A stretch of 64,000 nt of DNA from the human T2T-CHM13v2.0 reference genome, Homo sapiens. Below are positions 13,542-30,589 of the stretch, in pieces. How positions within the stretch are numbered: the stretch's first letter is position 1; each line of letters begins with the position of its first letter. The translations under genes were made by a program, and so were the position numbers. The DNA is taken from the NCBI RefSeq assembly GCF_009914755.1, contig NC_060930.1. The stretch is one strand, 5' to 3'. Below the pieces are notes generated by a model, which worked only from the letters and a program-made list of their open reading frames with translations, did not search any database and had not been told where the DNA came from.

Positions 13542-14829
13542 AAAAATTAAATTAAAAAAATTATATGTAATACTTAAGGTGTCTATAACAATTTCGTGAC
13601 AAATAATTATAATATGAAGTTCTGTGGGCAGAATTTGTGTGAATAATGTGCCAATGTTAACTGTGACTACACATTAAGTTCAGTCAGTGCATCCAACTCT
13701 AAGTGACTTTTTCATAGGAAAAGGTTGATACCTTTTTCCTGAGTGTTAAAAGTTTAGGAATAATAACAATAATGTCTATAGTCTGTGATAGACCTGTAAA
13801 AAATTGTATTATGCAGAGGTTTCACACATGCACATGTAATTCTTTAAAATATATTTGAACCTATTTTAGAAAATATCTGGGATTATTATAATTGAAGAAT
13901 GACAATTGAAATGAAATGAAATAATAGTGCATATTAAATGTATATTATTTATTGTTCTGTGAAAAATAATTGAATTGCTTGCATCTTAGTTTGGCAAGAA
14001 TAAACTAGCCTATTTAGGCCTTTTTAATAATGAAATGGAGTACTTATCATTCATATTTTCACAAGTACTTTGATTTTCTTCATTGTCATGCTTCTACAAG
14101 AATGTAAACAGACTTTATTTTAAAAACATATAATTGTAAATTAGTAGAAGAAATGACAGTGACCTTATTGGCCTTAGAACATCAGTGTATCCTGGAGGCT
14201 CTCTCAGCTAACCAAGAAGATAGAGCTTGGGGAATGTATGGAGAAATTGTCATGGGAATATTTATTACTATTTTAGGGGAGCTTATAAGCCTTATTGCTA
14301 GTCTGAGAGCCCGTTAGCCTGTCTCCCAGAGACATCTGACCCTACTTCTCATTCTGAAACTCTGTGCTCAGGAAAGTGCCAGGGCCAGGATGTATTATCC
14401 TGGGGAACGTGAGTATGACAAATGAGGACTGGTGCATGCTGAACCATGGCACTGCATACCAGGTATGTTGTATAACATCAAGATTGATAGGACACACTTG
14501 GCTGAAATGAAGCAGTCCCTGGTATATATTCAGTCTGGCTTACATGCAGATTGTTAGAGACTTAAAAATATAAGACTTAACTTGAATGGGGAAATAGAAC
14601 TTCCAAAGGTCTGATTTGGTGCTTGTTCAGATGCTATAATCTATAAACATGTACCCCTAGTGAGGATTAGGATGCTAAAGTGTAAGCCTTCATTGTCTAC
14701 TTTAACTTCTTTTAGATAAGTGCACCTTATTTGATTTTACAAAGTGGGGTCTCTATTGGCTGTCTCTGACAATCAGCGCTTCCTACTGATATATGACAAT
14801 ATAGTGGTGCTGCAGTTACTCATACTCCA

Positions 14830-15202
14830 CGTTTTTGTCCGCTTTGTGCTACTATAACAAAGTCCTGGAGACTGGGTATTTATAAAAACAGAAATTTATT
14901 TCTCACAGCTCTGGAGGCTGGGAAGCCCAAAATCAAGACGCTGGCAGGTTTGTTGTCTAATGCTGACCGCTCTCTGCTGCCAAGATGGCAAGTTGATGCT
15001 GCATCTTCCTGAGGTGAATAAACACTGTGTCCTCACATGGCAGAAGGGCCAGAGGGTGAAAAGGAGCAAACTTCCTCCACAAGCCGTTTTATAAATGCAC
15101 CAAATCCCATTTATGAAGGTGGAGCCCTTATGACTCAGTCACTTCCCAAAAGCCACACCTCCCAATACTGTTGCATTAAGTTTCGGCATTCAACTCATAG
15201 CA
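14830..15202 (-). mobile_element. MaLR solo LTR, MSTD-like
   Basis: GAGACTGGGTATTTATAAAAACAGAAATTTATTTCTCACAGCTCTGGAGGCTGGGAAG. Perfect 5-bp TSD CTCCA (14825-14829 / 15203-15207). Confidence 0.85.
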
Positions 15203-15689
15203 CTCCATGTTTTAAATGGAACAGCAAAGACCTCACTCTTTTATACTTATTTTAAGTTGCTTGATAATGGATCCAATTCTGCTTGGTGTTGGGTCATTAT
15301 GAGATTGAGACTAAGTGACTGACAACCTTTAAAGCTAGCAAATAGCAGGATATTACTCAAAAGACTAGAAAAGCAAAGTGAGACCACACATCAATTAAAA
15401 ATGATTAAAATTATACACTCCTGAGATATTAGTATGACAGTTCTTTTTAATATATTTAAATGAATAAGATTATTAAAATAAGTCATGAAAATATACCTAA
15501 ATACTTTCTAGTTTTCAAATACTCCTTTATTTTAACTTAGTTATTTAAGAAAACTTAAATTGTACTACATAAGTACACAAGCTTTAAAGTAACTGGAGGA
15601 AATAATTGAGGTGATTTAAAATGTAGTTTCTTTAATTTTTATTGGCAAAACTGCATGAAAACAACTATTTTAAGATCTAAAAGGATGTA

Positions 15690-16024
15690 TAGTCATGCTC
15701 TACATAATGACGTTTCCATCAGTGATGGACCAAATATATGATGTGGTCTCCTAAGATTATAATAACATATTTTTAGTGTACCTTTTCTGTATGTACATAG
15801 ATTTAGATACACTAATACTTACCATTGTGTTACAATTGCCTTTAATATTCAGTATAGTAAAATCCTGTACAATTTTATTGCTTTAGGAACATGTAGCCTA
15901 GGTATGTAGCTGGCTGTACCATCTAGGTTTGTGTAAGTACACTCTATGATGTGTGCACAGTGATGAAATTGCCTAATGATGCATTTCTCAGAACTTATCC
16001 TTGTAGTTAAGTGATGCATGATCA
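15690..16024 (+). mobile_element. Tigger3a-like TcMar DNA transposon (MITE)
   Basis: TIR-like ends (T)AGTCATGC..GCATGATCA flanked by TA. Internal TACTTACCATTGTGTTACAATTGCC and GTTTGTGTAAGTACACTCTATGATG match Tigger3a. Confidence 0.85.
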
Positions 16025-17029
16025 TATTTACTTAATCAATCACCTCTTGAAATTTTTAAGTGAATTACAACTTTTTATCTTAAATTTTAGCTTTCAAATT
16101 GGTGAAATTATGACCCATCCTTAATTTGAGTTGACTAAAGCTCTGCTGCATGGCAAAATTATTGGCAGGGAGTAATACTCAAAGACAGTTATTTCAAATG
16201 CTCTGATTGAACTTACATTTAATTTAATAATATTAAAATGTTATATGCAGTGATCTATAACTTGGGGTGACAACATATATTCTCCGTAATCTCAAGAAGA
16301 AATAGTGAGTCTCAGACTTTGAGAGTTATAACATGTATCTCAGAATATACATCAGATTTTTAAGTCCTCATTTAATTATTCAGTAGTGATATTTAATGTC
16401 ACCACTTGCCAAATACTTTCTAAATTCATCAGAACTGGAAAAAATCCCAAGGATACACTAATAACAGCTGATATTTATTGTCCGCTTACTCTGCTTCACA
16501 TGAATCATCTCTTGGTTGCTGCTCTTTCTCTGGATACCACTGCATTGTTGTCAGCACCCTAGGATCTCTGGGAACAGACACTCAAATGCTGAGTCTCCCA
16601 TGGAACACGTGACAGAGTTCTTTAGGGGGCATTCATTACGATAGTGGTTGAGGAAATGTGGTGTTTCTTCCATTTTTGTCTCAACAATCTTGCATCTTCC
16701 CACCCAGGCTCTTGCTGCTGGAGCTCCTTGCCCATTGGCTCTTGGACCAGGTACCACCAGGTTGGCTCAAATCCAGATACTAGTATTGTATTCTATTAAA
16801 GTAGCAGAACTGCTTGTCTGGCAAAGTGGTTTGGGTTAGTAGAATTCCCACACAGGAATGAGGTGACAGTGCCACCTTCTTGAGGGAGTTCTCAATCTCT
16901 GTGACTGATTCTCTGTTTCAATGTTGGCTTGAGGATTGAAAGGAAAATCCACTATATATACTGCTATATTTGGGACTTACCACTGACAATTCCCTCTTCT
17001 CCTTTCCTAATCTCTGGCTTAAACGGATT

Positions 17030-17033
<4 letters not shown>

Positions 17034-17073
<40 letters not shown>

Positions 17074-17094
17074 TGTGTGTGTGTGTGTGTGTGT
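17034..17094. repeat. Compound (AG)n(GT)n microsatellite
   Basis: Direct inspection. Confidence 0.95.
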
Positions 17095-17773
17095 TTGAGA
17101 GAGAAAGTATGTGTGTGTCTGTGTTGGGGATAGGCTATCCAGATTATGGCAGAATAGTTCATGTCTGAGCTTCTCTTTAAAAGGTGTGAAGTGCTGTGAC
17201 TCTTTTTCCTTTGCTGTGAGCCCTAGTCATCAATTCCATAGCAACAGGAAATATCATGTTCACTGTGCACTAGTATATGGATGAATCAGTAAGCTCCTGA
17301 AGGGGAATAGAAGAGAGAGGTGTCAAGTTAGGTTGAGTTAGATCACAATCAAATTTTGAAACTAGTCCAGGAGTTTCTTATATACCAAAAGCGAATGGAA
17401 GAATACTATAATCTCTTTACATTAATTTGGATAACTTCAGTGCTAAATTCTGAAATACAGGTATTTTGCTATTTTTGTGATGGTTAAATCAAAAGAAAGT
17501 TATTTCTGTCTTGTTCTGAAGCAGAAGTGGCTTTCCAATAAAGTGAGTTCTGAAAAGATCACATGTCCTTCGACAAAGGTGTGATATCTTTACATGTTGT
17601 TGTAGGAGTTCAGATACATAAATAGCTTGTTGAAGGACTATGACTGACCTTAGAAACTGCCCCTTCCAAAGTTATTTAGTACAAGTAATTAGAAGATGTG
17701 GTGTATTAGTCCATTTTCATACTGCCATGAAGAAATACCAGAGACTGGGTAATTTATAAAGAAAAAGAGCTTT

Positions 17774-18210
<437 letters not shown>

Positions 18211-18280
18211 TTATAAAACCATCAGATCTCATGAGACTTATTCACTGTCACAAGAACAGCTTGGGAAAACCCACTTCCAC

Positions 18281-19971
18281 TGATAGCAGTAGCTGCTCCA
18301 GATGCCCTGCTGCTGCCATCATGCCAGCTGCAGCAAGGAAGCATCACTGGAGCTGCACGATCAGTGGGGCCAGCAGGAGCTGGTGACAAGGAGGGTCCCC
18401 ACCCCTTCTGAGTTGGGGTAAGAGCTCCCTGGGTGCCCTTGCAGCTACTCAAACTGTGGCTGCAGACCCAGGTCTCCTGCTCCTCAGAGCAGGCAGAAGC
18501 CCCACCCTCCTGGGTGGGGCTGCAGCCTCCTATGTTGTGGCTGCAGATCCAAGCCTCCCTGTGCTCGTAGGGGGCCAGGAGCAGGCAGAATCCCTGCTCT
18601 TCTGGGTGCCACTGCATCCACTCAAACCATGGCTGCAGACTCCGGCCTCCCACTCCATGGAACAGGCAGGAGCCCTGTCCCACTTGGTGTGGCTGCAGCC
18701 ACCTAAGCTGTGGCTGCAGATCCAAGCCTCCCTGTGCTCTTGAGGGGCCTGGAGCAGGCAGGAGCCCTGCCATCTCTGGTGCAGCTGCAGCCACCCAAAC
18801 CATGGCCACAGATCTGGGCCTCCCAGTCCATGGAGCAGGCAGAAGCCTCACCCACTCTGGGCACAGCTATAGCCACCCAAACAGTGGCTGCAGACTCAAG
18901 CAACCCTGTACACTTGGGAGCCCAGGAAGGCCCCCCTGCCTTTGCAGGCTTAAAAGTGCCTGCCCCCACTGCCTGGCTTCTCCCTGCTGTCAGTGCCTGC
19001 TCTGGTCTCAGAGCAAAACTGGGAGAGCCAGTTGCCATGAATGGCAGCAGGAGACAGGTTCCTGGGCAGAAAAGTGTGGGTCCCTGGTGAAACCCCATAT
19101 TTCAGCCAGGGAGGGCCTCATGGCTGGGATCCTGGCTGCCAGTCTCATGGACAGGAGTAGGAACTTGTAGTGCCTTTTCTGGGCCCACCCATGGCCATCC
19201 ATGGACTGATTGGTGTGCACTTCCTCCTCTTTGAGGCCCATAAAAGCCCCTGGATTAGCCAGTGCTGAGCAGACCACAGGATGACCAGCTGCAGAGAGAA
19301 CTAGCTGCACAGAGGAGCTACCCTCTCTGCTGAGAGCTTCAGAAACCTGCAGAGACATTGGTACTACCAGTTGCAGAGAGGAACAACCCACTCCAGGGCC
19401 TTTTCTCTGCAAGGAGCTGGGCAGATGTTAGGATGACCAGTTGCAGATAGGAGCCACCCTCTCCAGGGCCTCCTCTTGCCAGACAGCTGAACACTCCTTG
19501 GGATGACCTGCCTGCAGAGAGGAACAACCCACCCCAGGGCCTCTTCTCTGCCAGGAGCTGGGCAGATATTGGGATGACCAGTTACAGAGAGGACCCACCC
19601 TCTCCAGGGCCTCCTCTCTGCCAAATGCTGAACACTCCTTGGGATGACCTGCTGGCAGAGAGGAGCCACCCACTTCAGGCTTCTTCTCTGCTGAGAGCTG
19701 CAGAGAGGATGAGACCACCTACCTGCAGAGAGGAACCACCCACTCCAGGGTATCCTCTTCAACAGGATGACCTGCCTACAGAGAGGAGCTACCCACTGTG
19801 GGCCTCCTCTGTGCTGTTCTAACACTCAATGAAGCTCCTCTTTCTCTTGCTCACCCTTCACTTGTCTGCATAACTCATTCTTCCTGGATGTCAGAGAAGA
19901 GCTCAGGCAAAGGCACCACTGGCTACAGAGGTTTCCAGCCAGAAAAGCGACACCCCAAAGATTCTGTAACA
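18281..19971 (+). mobile_element. ERV1 solo LTR, MER52 family (MER52A/C-like)
   Basis: Starts TGATAGCAG and ends AGAAAAGCGACACCCCAAAGATTCTGTAACA. GC-rich U3 with GTGGCTGCAGA repeats, TATA-like CATAAAA near 19240, and ~70-bp repeats at 19280-19800. Confidence 0.8.
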
Positions 19972-21373
19972 CCGTGATTGAATTACCTCCCACTGGGTCC
20001 CTCCTACAACACATGAGGATTATGGGAACTACAATTCAAGATGCAATTTGGGTGGGGGCACAGCCAAACCACACCATGTAGTATTTAGGAGAACATCAAA
20101 TTGGTGCTGAACATGACAAATCACTGTGTATTCTTATGGGTACAATACACATTGAGATAAATTAGTTTGATCTCACCAGAAGGCAGAATGAAGTTTGAGG
20201 ACCTCATGATTGTTTGTTTGTTTTTAATTATATCATCCACGTAGTTTAAAAAGATGATTTGTTTTTAATGTTAGCTAAAATTAGAATAGTTGGTCTGAAC
20301 TTGCTTGTTTCTAGGTAATATTTTCCAGGTAGCTGGAAGAAAGGATCAGAGTCCTCATGCATGAGGGAATTTAGATTTCATATATAAAGAGCCTTCTCCT
20401 TTATAGCAGATAATGTCTTTAAGGGTGGTTACACAATCAGGCTCTTTGCATTTACTGCCCAGCCTGGCAGAATCTCATTTATAGTCTGAGAAAACCTTGC
20501 TTTGTCTATTGAACTCATGTCATTCTGAAATCATTTCTTAGTAACTCCGCCAGGTATATATTTTAGCTCTTGGCCTGTCTGTAATTCTTGAGTAGGGGAC
20601 TATAAAATTCAATTCTTTTTAAATTTCTAATATAATAAATAATATGTAAAAGAACATGGAATATTAAAGGAATATGAAAGTGCCAATCTAATCATAATTT
20701 AATGCGTTCCTTGTAGCCAAGACAGAACATACACTTATGCTTAGAACAAGAGTATTCTAAACATATAAATCATTAATAGTCAATTCAATCTTATTCCTTT
20801 ATTATGAAAATACAAACATTAAAAGTGATATCCAGCTGGAAGCTCTCCAGTCTTTTCCTCCAATTCTTCTTCAGTCTTCCCCAAAGAGAAAGGAATGATA
20901 ATCTGATTGCTGAATGTCACTTTGGGCAGCCTTAGGCTTTGTATGGAAAAGAAGAGACCTCTCTAGCTTGTGCTCCAGCTCATGATCTCTTCCCTGCTCT
21001 CTTGCCACATGAGAGAAATGGCAGGTCCTACATGTGAAATTTCCTATTTATGAATAGAGCTATTCTATTTCTCTTTGTCTTTTCTACGATAATTTTCTCC
21101 ATTTTTTTGTCATTAGTTCTAAATCCTGTATAATCTTGATTGCCTTATCTGTACATGTTTATAGGTACAAATTTTTCTTTCAGAAACAATTGATGAAAAA
21201 CACAATACTTTATATTTGGTCTTAGCCATCAAAGAGAATCAAGGAACTCTTAGTTTTCAATATAGAGTTATAAAAACTCTAACTAATACAGACTAAGATT
21301 ATATAAACTTTGTACCTGCTAGAAAATATTGACAATTTACAATAAATGTGTCAATTGAAAACCATATGTCTGA

Positions 21374-21728
21374 TCTCTTAGTCTAATCACTGCTGTAAGA
21401 AGGTATCTCAGACTGGGTAATTTATAAACAGTAGAAATTTATTACAGTTCTGAAGACTAGAAAGTTCAAGATCAAGGCACAGGCAGATTAGCTGATGAGG
21501 CTTTCTCTCTGCTTCAGAGATGGCACCTTCTAGCTGTGTCCTCACATGGTGAAAGGGGCAAGGCAGCACCCTTCAGCCTCTTTTATATAGGCACTAATGC
21601 CATTCATGATCATGGAGCCTTCATAACTTAATCACTTAGCAAAAGACCCCACCTCTTAATACTATCACATTGGGTATTAGGTTGCAACATATGTATTTTG
21701 GGAGAACATCAACATTCAGACCATGGCA
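21374..21728 (-). mobile_element. MaLR solo LTR, MLT1A-like
   Basis: CAGACTGGGTAATTTATAAACAGTAGAAATTTATT..AACATTCAGACCATGGCA. TSD TCTGA/TCTGT. Confidence 0.85.
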
Positions 21729-22526
21729 TCTGTTAACCAATGTTCCTTCATTCTCTTTGTCTATAATTGTGTATTAGTATCAGAATTACTTCTGTGTATT
21801 TTCTGTGATTCTTCTGCTTTTCCATTACTTGACAATGTGTGCTCCTTTTTAGTTTTCTGGAAACTTTCTTCTCCTTTATTATTTTTCAATATTAGTGACA
21901 ATTCCTTTGAGACAAAACCTGTAAATTACTGCAGAAATCTTAGTTTTCCTGGACATGCAAACTTGAACTTATTTAATACAGTCATGTATTCACCGGCATT
22001 CTTCTTAGCTGCTTGGATTTCAGTTCTCTCTTCATATTTTGTCCTACCCCTCAGCTTCAAAATTATTCTTTCTGGAGAAGATATATACAAACTCTTTGTT
22101 GAGTGGGTCTGATTTTTCCAAATTACTTTACATTGTTCCTTTTTTTTGTTTGTTTTATTGTTTCAAGCATAACTAAAATATCTTTCTATGACCTCTAGAA
22201 TTTCTGAATTTCTTGAGAATTTTTTCTTTATGACTCTCTTTTCATGCACTTGTGATAGTTTATTCGTTTTGAATCTCCATCAGTGTTTCTGTTTTAAATA
22301 TACAAGTAATTTAGATTTACTCTGATGAAGAAGAGGGCACTGCTGAATATTTTCATTATAGGGATGGATACGATCGAAGTGGTACTCTAGAGAGATGAAT
22401 CTTACATTCATAGGCTGAGGAATTGATACATCTTGCTAGGAGATTAACTCACGGGGACAACTATGGTCTCTTAGATGTTCATTTTAACCACACTTTCAGT
22501 CTCTACAGAATGTTGAGAGGGAGTAG

Positions 22527-22844
<318 letters not shown>

Positions 22845-23176
22845 TGTAATGTTGCTTCTAACTGGACAGAGTGGCCAGTAAAGAACAGATTTGGGTTTCA
22901 TAAGCACTTAACTCTACTAAAAAAAAAAAAAGTATGAGAAAGCCTAATTAATCAAATGTCCATGGAAATGGAGACCAAGGGTTGTAAAGGAGCCTATCTT
23001 CATTCTTTTATCCTAAAATAGACTAGATTCTAAATCTAGTAAAAATTTCTTTGGAAAAGTTGACAGATGCCTATACATATATATTGTCACCATTTCTCTA
23101 CATCTCTGGATTTGGATATGAAAATAAAGTTGTTGAATTCTGTTCTAGACTGTATTTTTCTTTTCTTTCTCCAAGG

Positions 23177-23178
<2 letters not shown>

Positions 23179-23217
<39 letters not shown>
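23179..23217. repeat. (AC)n microsatellite
   Basis: Direct inspection. Confidence 0.95.
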
Positions 23218-23221
<4 letters not shown>

Positions 23222-23489
23222 GACATATATGTATATATATCTAAGGTTGATTATATAATTAGAGATGATTAATACCAAACACTGACCATTCTACTAAATC
23301 AATACAGTCTTGTTGACTGATACATAAATGATGAGTCACTTTTTAATGTAATATGTAGAAACATCCTATTACTGAGGAGGCTCAATGCAAATAAAGATAT
23401 TTTTCTTCAGCTTAATGTTAATTTTCCTTGAATACATGCTGTCCAATTTCAGTATATATTAAATGATGAAAGAAACACTGAAAAATGTA

Positions 23490-24170
23490 TTTATTTATTC
23501 ACTCATCAAATATTTGTTTGAATACTGACTGTATATACTAGATTTTTACTACCAGAAGTAAAATAATTAACAAAATTTTAAAAATGCCCTATTATTTTGC
23601 AGTTTATAGTATACTGGGGAAAAAGTAAGCAAACAATTATAATAAAGTATGATAAGTTATCTAGTAGATCAGCAAATTAGAAAAGCACCTAGCCTATGCT
23701 TAGGCTGCTAGAAAAAGATTTCCTGAATAAGTGATACCAAGCTGATTCCTTAAGGAGGGATAGAAGATAAAAAGGTAAAGAGGAGATTTAATGGCATATG
23801 CCAGGCATTCATCGTTGCAGGATTTGAAATAGACATGATCAGATTTTCATTGTATAATTCTCATCTTGGCCGAAGAGTAGGGAATAGGTTGGGTGATGCT
23901 AGTGGAAATAAGAAAAGAGACCTTGGGACTAGTCATGAGGTTCTTGCAGTAACCCATGAAAGATGATAGTGACTGGAATTAGGGCAGCACCACTAATAGC
24001 GATGTAGTTCAAGTTAGAGCTATAGGCCTTGGTGCTTGATTAAGCAAGGGCAACAAGGAGATGAAGGAGGATCCCAAAATAGTGCCTTCTTTTGTTTCTG
24101 TAGAAATATATTGGGATTGTGACCTTTGTTGAGATAAGAAATACCAGAGGAAGAACAGAATGCAATCATT
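23490..24170 (-). mobile_element. L2 fragments
   Basis: ATTCACTCATCAAATATTTGTTTGAATACTGACT (L2 3' end, antisense) and GACATGATCAGATTTTCATT. Confidence 0.6.
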
Positions 24171-24177
24171 ATTTAAG

Positions 24178-24280
24178 ACCTCTCCTCTTCTCCCCCGCTC
24201 ACGATGCCCTCCCTTCCGTCTCTTTCTTCCCTTCTCCTCCCCTTCCCTCCTTTCCCCTCTTCCCTCACTTCCTCTGTCCA
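24178..24280. repeat. CT-rich low-complexity tract
   Basis: Direct inspection. Confidence 0.8.
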
Positions 24281-24787
24281 TCTTGAAAGCTTAAATCTTT
24301 AGTCTGAAATTTTCAGTCCCTTCAAGTCATTGTCTTCTATGAAGCCCAAAATTATTTTGACAAGGAAATGTCACTTTAGCTTTTGTATTTAGGGTGAATC
24401 AGTGGGTAAAAATAAAAACAGCCTATCACCTTGCCAAGTTATTTCAAATATTTCTAGCTGCTTAATCAAAGGAGACAGAATATTGATGTATTTAAGGACA
24501 TTTGCCGAGAATATTTCTTGACCTTATTTAAAGACTGAAGATGAAGCTAGGCAAATTATTCCATGCAAAATAAAATAACAGTAACTGAGAAAAAAATATA
24601 TCCAAGAGAAATTATATGCTGCTATGTGAATATAATTTCTATAGATTTTACCTTGAGTACTCACAATTCAGAAAGAAATTTTTATTTTATTTTATTATTT
24701 TACCACAGTGCTCTTCAAATGGAAGAAATCTAATTTAAAATAAAGTCAACAATGAAAATAATGGAATTATTATCTTTCTTACTGGAG

Positions 24788-25840
24788 AAGTGTTGGCAAA
24801 GAGGTGGAGAAATTGGAACCCTTGTACACAGTTGGTAGGAAGGTAAAATGCTTCACCTGCTATGAAAAACAATATGGAGGTTCTTCAAAAAATTAAAAAT
24901 GGAAATACTTTCATGCTGCTGATAAAGACATACCAGAGACTGGGCAATTTACAAAAGAAAGAGGTTTAATTGACTTACAGTTCCACATGGCTGGGGAGGT
25001 CTCACAATCGTGGTGGAAGGCAAGGAGGAGCAAGTCACATCTTATGTGGATGGCAACAGGCAAAGAAAGGGCTTGAACAGAGAAACTCCTGTTTTTAAAA
25101 CCATCAGATCTCATGAGACCCCTTTACTATCATGAGTACAGCACGGGAAAGACTTGCCCCCATGATTCAGTCATCTTCCACTGGGTCCTTCCCACAACAT
25201 GTGGAAATTACGGGAGCTACAAGATGAGATTTGGGTGGGGACATAGAGCCAAACCATATCAAATACCATCTGATCTAATGATTCTGAATATTTATCCAAA
25301 AGAATTGAAATCAGGATCTTGAAGAAATATTTGGACTCCCACATTAACTGCAACATTATTCACAATAGCAAACATGTGAAAATAACCTAAATGTCTATTG
25401 ACTGATGAGTTGATAAAGAAAATGTGGTATATACATACAATGAAATATTATTCAGACTTAAAAAAGAAGAAAATCCTGCCATATGTGATGATATGGATGA
25501 ACCTTGAGGACATTATGCTATGTGACATAAGCCAGTCAAAGATGATAAATACTGCATGATTCAACCTATATGTGGTATCTAATATAGTAATGCAGAAAGA
25601 AAGAGTAGAAGGGTGTTTGTCAGGGGCTGTGAGGATAGTGAAATGGTAAGTTGCTATTCAGTAGATATAAAGTTTCACTTCCGTAGATATAAAGTTTCAT
25701 TTCTGGAGGATGGTTACCTTCTAGAGATCTGTTGTACAAAACTATGCCTATGGTTAACAACACTGTATTGTACACTTCAAAACTGGGCAAAAGGGTAGAT
25801 TTCATCTTAGGTATTCTTACCACAATAATAATAATAAAAA
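24788..25840 (+). mobile_element. L1MA9/MA10-like 3' end (ORF2 tail and 3' UTR) interrupted by THE1B
   Basis: GGAGAAATTGGAACCCTTGTACAC, GAATTGAAATCAGGATC, GGATGAACCTTGAGGACATTATGCTA, ending TTCTTACCACAATAATAATAATAAAA. Confidence 0.85.
24909..25261 (-). mobile_element. THE1B solo LTR
   Basis: GCTGCTGATAAAGACATACC..GGGCAATTTACAAAAGAAAGAGG..GAGCCAAACCATATCA. TSD AATAC (24904-24908 / 25262-25266). Confidence 0.9.
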
Positions 25841-25864
25841 GACAAACTGAAATCTAGTCTGAAG

Positions 25865-26275
25865 TAAGACTCCATCCAGGGACTCAAACAGTGTTACTGA
25901 CTCTCCTACTCTCCCTATCTCTCTCACATCTTGGCTCTGTTTCTTAGGAATTATTGGCTTATTCTCTCCTAATACAGATGGCTACCTCCAGGAGGGCAGA
26001 AGAAGGTGATGGTGGGGGCTAACATTACCTTAGCTAGAGCTCAGAGAAGCATGAGAGAGCTCTTTGCTCCCATTGACCATATCTAAAACTCCAGAAGATT
26101 CTAATTGCTCAGGCTTGGGTCATGGGTCCAACACTTGTTGGAGAATTGTGGTCAGGTGTGCAGGGAATTGTGACAGCTCACCAGAATTATATAGTCTGAA
26201 AAAATGTGAGCAAAGCGCCTGCTGTTATCCAGTGAAAGGATGCAGAATACGGGGCAGATGGAAATACACATGTCC
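25865..26275 (-). mobile_element. Old MaLR LTR (MLT1K/J-like)
   Basis: ATCCAGGGACTCAAACAGTG and TCTAATTGCTCAGGCTTGGGTCATGGGTCC resemble antisense MLT1K. Confidence 0.45.
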
Positions 26276-26379
26276 GTTATATTTCTATTGGACACATTTG
26301 AAAATTTGCCTGAATATTAACTGTAAATTACAAGACTGATAAATCATATCAATGCCAAACCACTGACATGAATAAATAA

Positions 26380-28661
<2,282 letters not shown>

Positions 28662-29122
28662 AAAATTGGCCAGTAAAAAAGTATTATCAAAGAAAATGTT
28701 TCAGAAAAGTCTTCATGCTGTGAGGCTTTGCTCCTATTATAGGCTGAAGAACAGTTCTGTGTTATTGTAGTTGTTTAAGGTGTTGTTACTGAGGTTTTTT
28801 TTTTCTTGATATTTTGTTAGAAAGTGACTTAAAGCTTTAGCTTTAGCTGGAAAGTCCTTTGCTGCCTATTTTATAGCTTGTATTTGAGTAACCTCCTTAC
28901 TCTGCTATTTCTTTGGTCATGAACTGCAAACATCTTCTCAGAGCACTTGCTTAAGGATATGACTCTCATGTATTCTTCTCTCATATTCAGCCAGAATTAA
29001 GTTGCTATAAAAATTGTTTCTGGAAAATAAAAAAGGTGATCTTGTGTTTTCTCATCTGACGGTTTCAACCTGCTTATTAATGTCAAAATGAAGATGCTAG
29101 AAGAACTCAAGGAAGGAGATAA

Positions 29123-29123
<1 letters not shown>

Positions 29124-29162
<39 letters not shown>
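29124..29162. repeat. (TG)n microsatellite
   Basis: Direct inspection. Confidence 0.95.
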
Positions 29163-29164
<2 letters not shown>

Positions 29165-29244
29165 CGGTTTTGTTTTCTGGCAGATTCCAACTACCCTAGC
29201 AGTTATGACAGGCGTCATGTATCAAGATATTTAAAAATGAATTG

Positions 29245-29563
<319 letters not shown>

Positions 29564-30589
29564 TCATTTTTAATTCTTTCAAGAAAGAGAATGCATTTTG
29601 TTTTGTTTTTTCAACATTTTTCCTGCCACTACCAAAAAATTATTTTTTCTTATTTTCATAATTGAGGATTGTGTTGATGTCAAGGCCAATAACTTTAAAC
29701 AAATATAATATTTGTTGGTAAATCATCCACCCAACCAAACTAAGCCTCAGAGGTGGGAAAAGTTTGACTTCTCTTCTATAATAAATGATTATATTCTAGA
29801 AAAAAAATCATTTATGTAAGCATGACTTGGCTAACTGGATGTGCACATTGTCTTATGCTTTCTTAATATAGTTTCACATTTATTTCACAAAGAGAAAAAT
29901 GTTAGCAGGTCATTAAAACCAAAATGTTCACATTCTGAGATTCTTGGTTCTGTTTTTATCTAGATCATTTCTTATTGGATTATCCTGGCTTCTCTTTAAC
30001 CTATTACTTTACAAATAGCTCCCATGCTTGTCCAATTTGCTAGGCTACTGCACATTGCCTTGAGAACTCAAGGAAAGACTTTTATCACTATGGAAACAAG
30101 TCAATATAAGCATCTTCACATTTTATTTATAGACTAGGTAATGTAAGAGGCATGATGAACACGATATGATCAGAAATACGGGAGATGCTTTCTTGTTTTT
30201 AATTAATAGAATTAATGGTTGACATTGACATATGCATCTTTTCATAGCATCTTTTCACAGAGGAGACAAAACTGCAATTGTCACTTTATTTCATGTGTTA
30301 CTTTAATTTACAGGTTTTTTTTCATAGTTCAAGGTTAACATCTAGACCTGCGACAGGAAACTTAATAGATGACACTAATATGAAAAGGGAGCTTATGGAT
30401 ATGTCAACCAGAGAGGTGTCAGATCCCCAAAATATCGGCAAACTGCCATAATAATCTTACACTTAACATGTTCTAAATTGGAATAGGAAATTAATAATTC
30501 ACCCCTTTATAGGTTTCATTGTATAATAGAAAGAAGAAATAATTTGAGTCAAACACTAAAAGATTTGGGGAAACTACTTTATTTCATTT

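Noticed and set aside
18222-19825. Dense overlapping 95-209 aa ORFs
   Set aside because: They come from the GC-rich, internally repetitive MER52-type LTR and show no recognisable domain.
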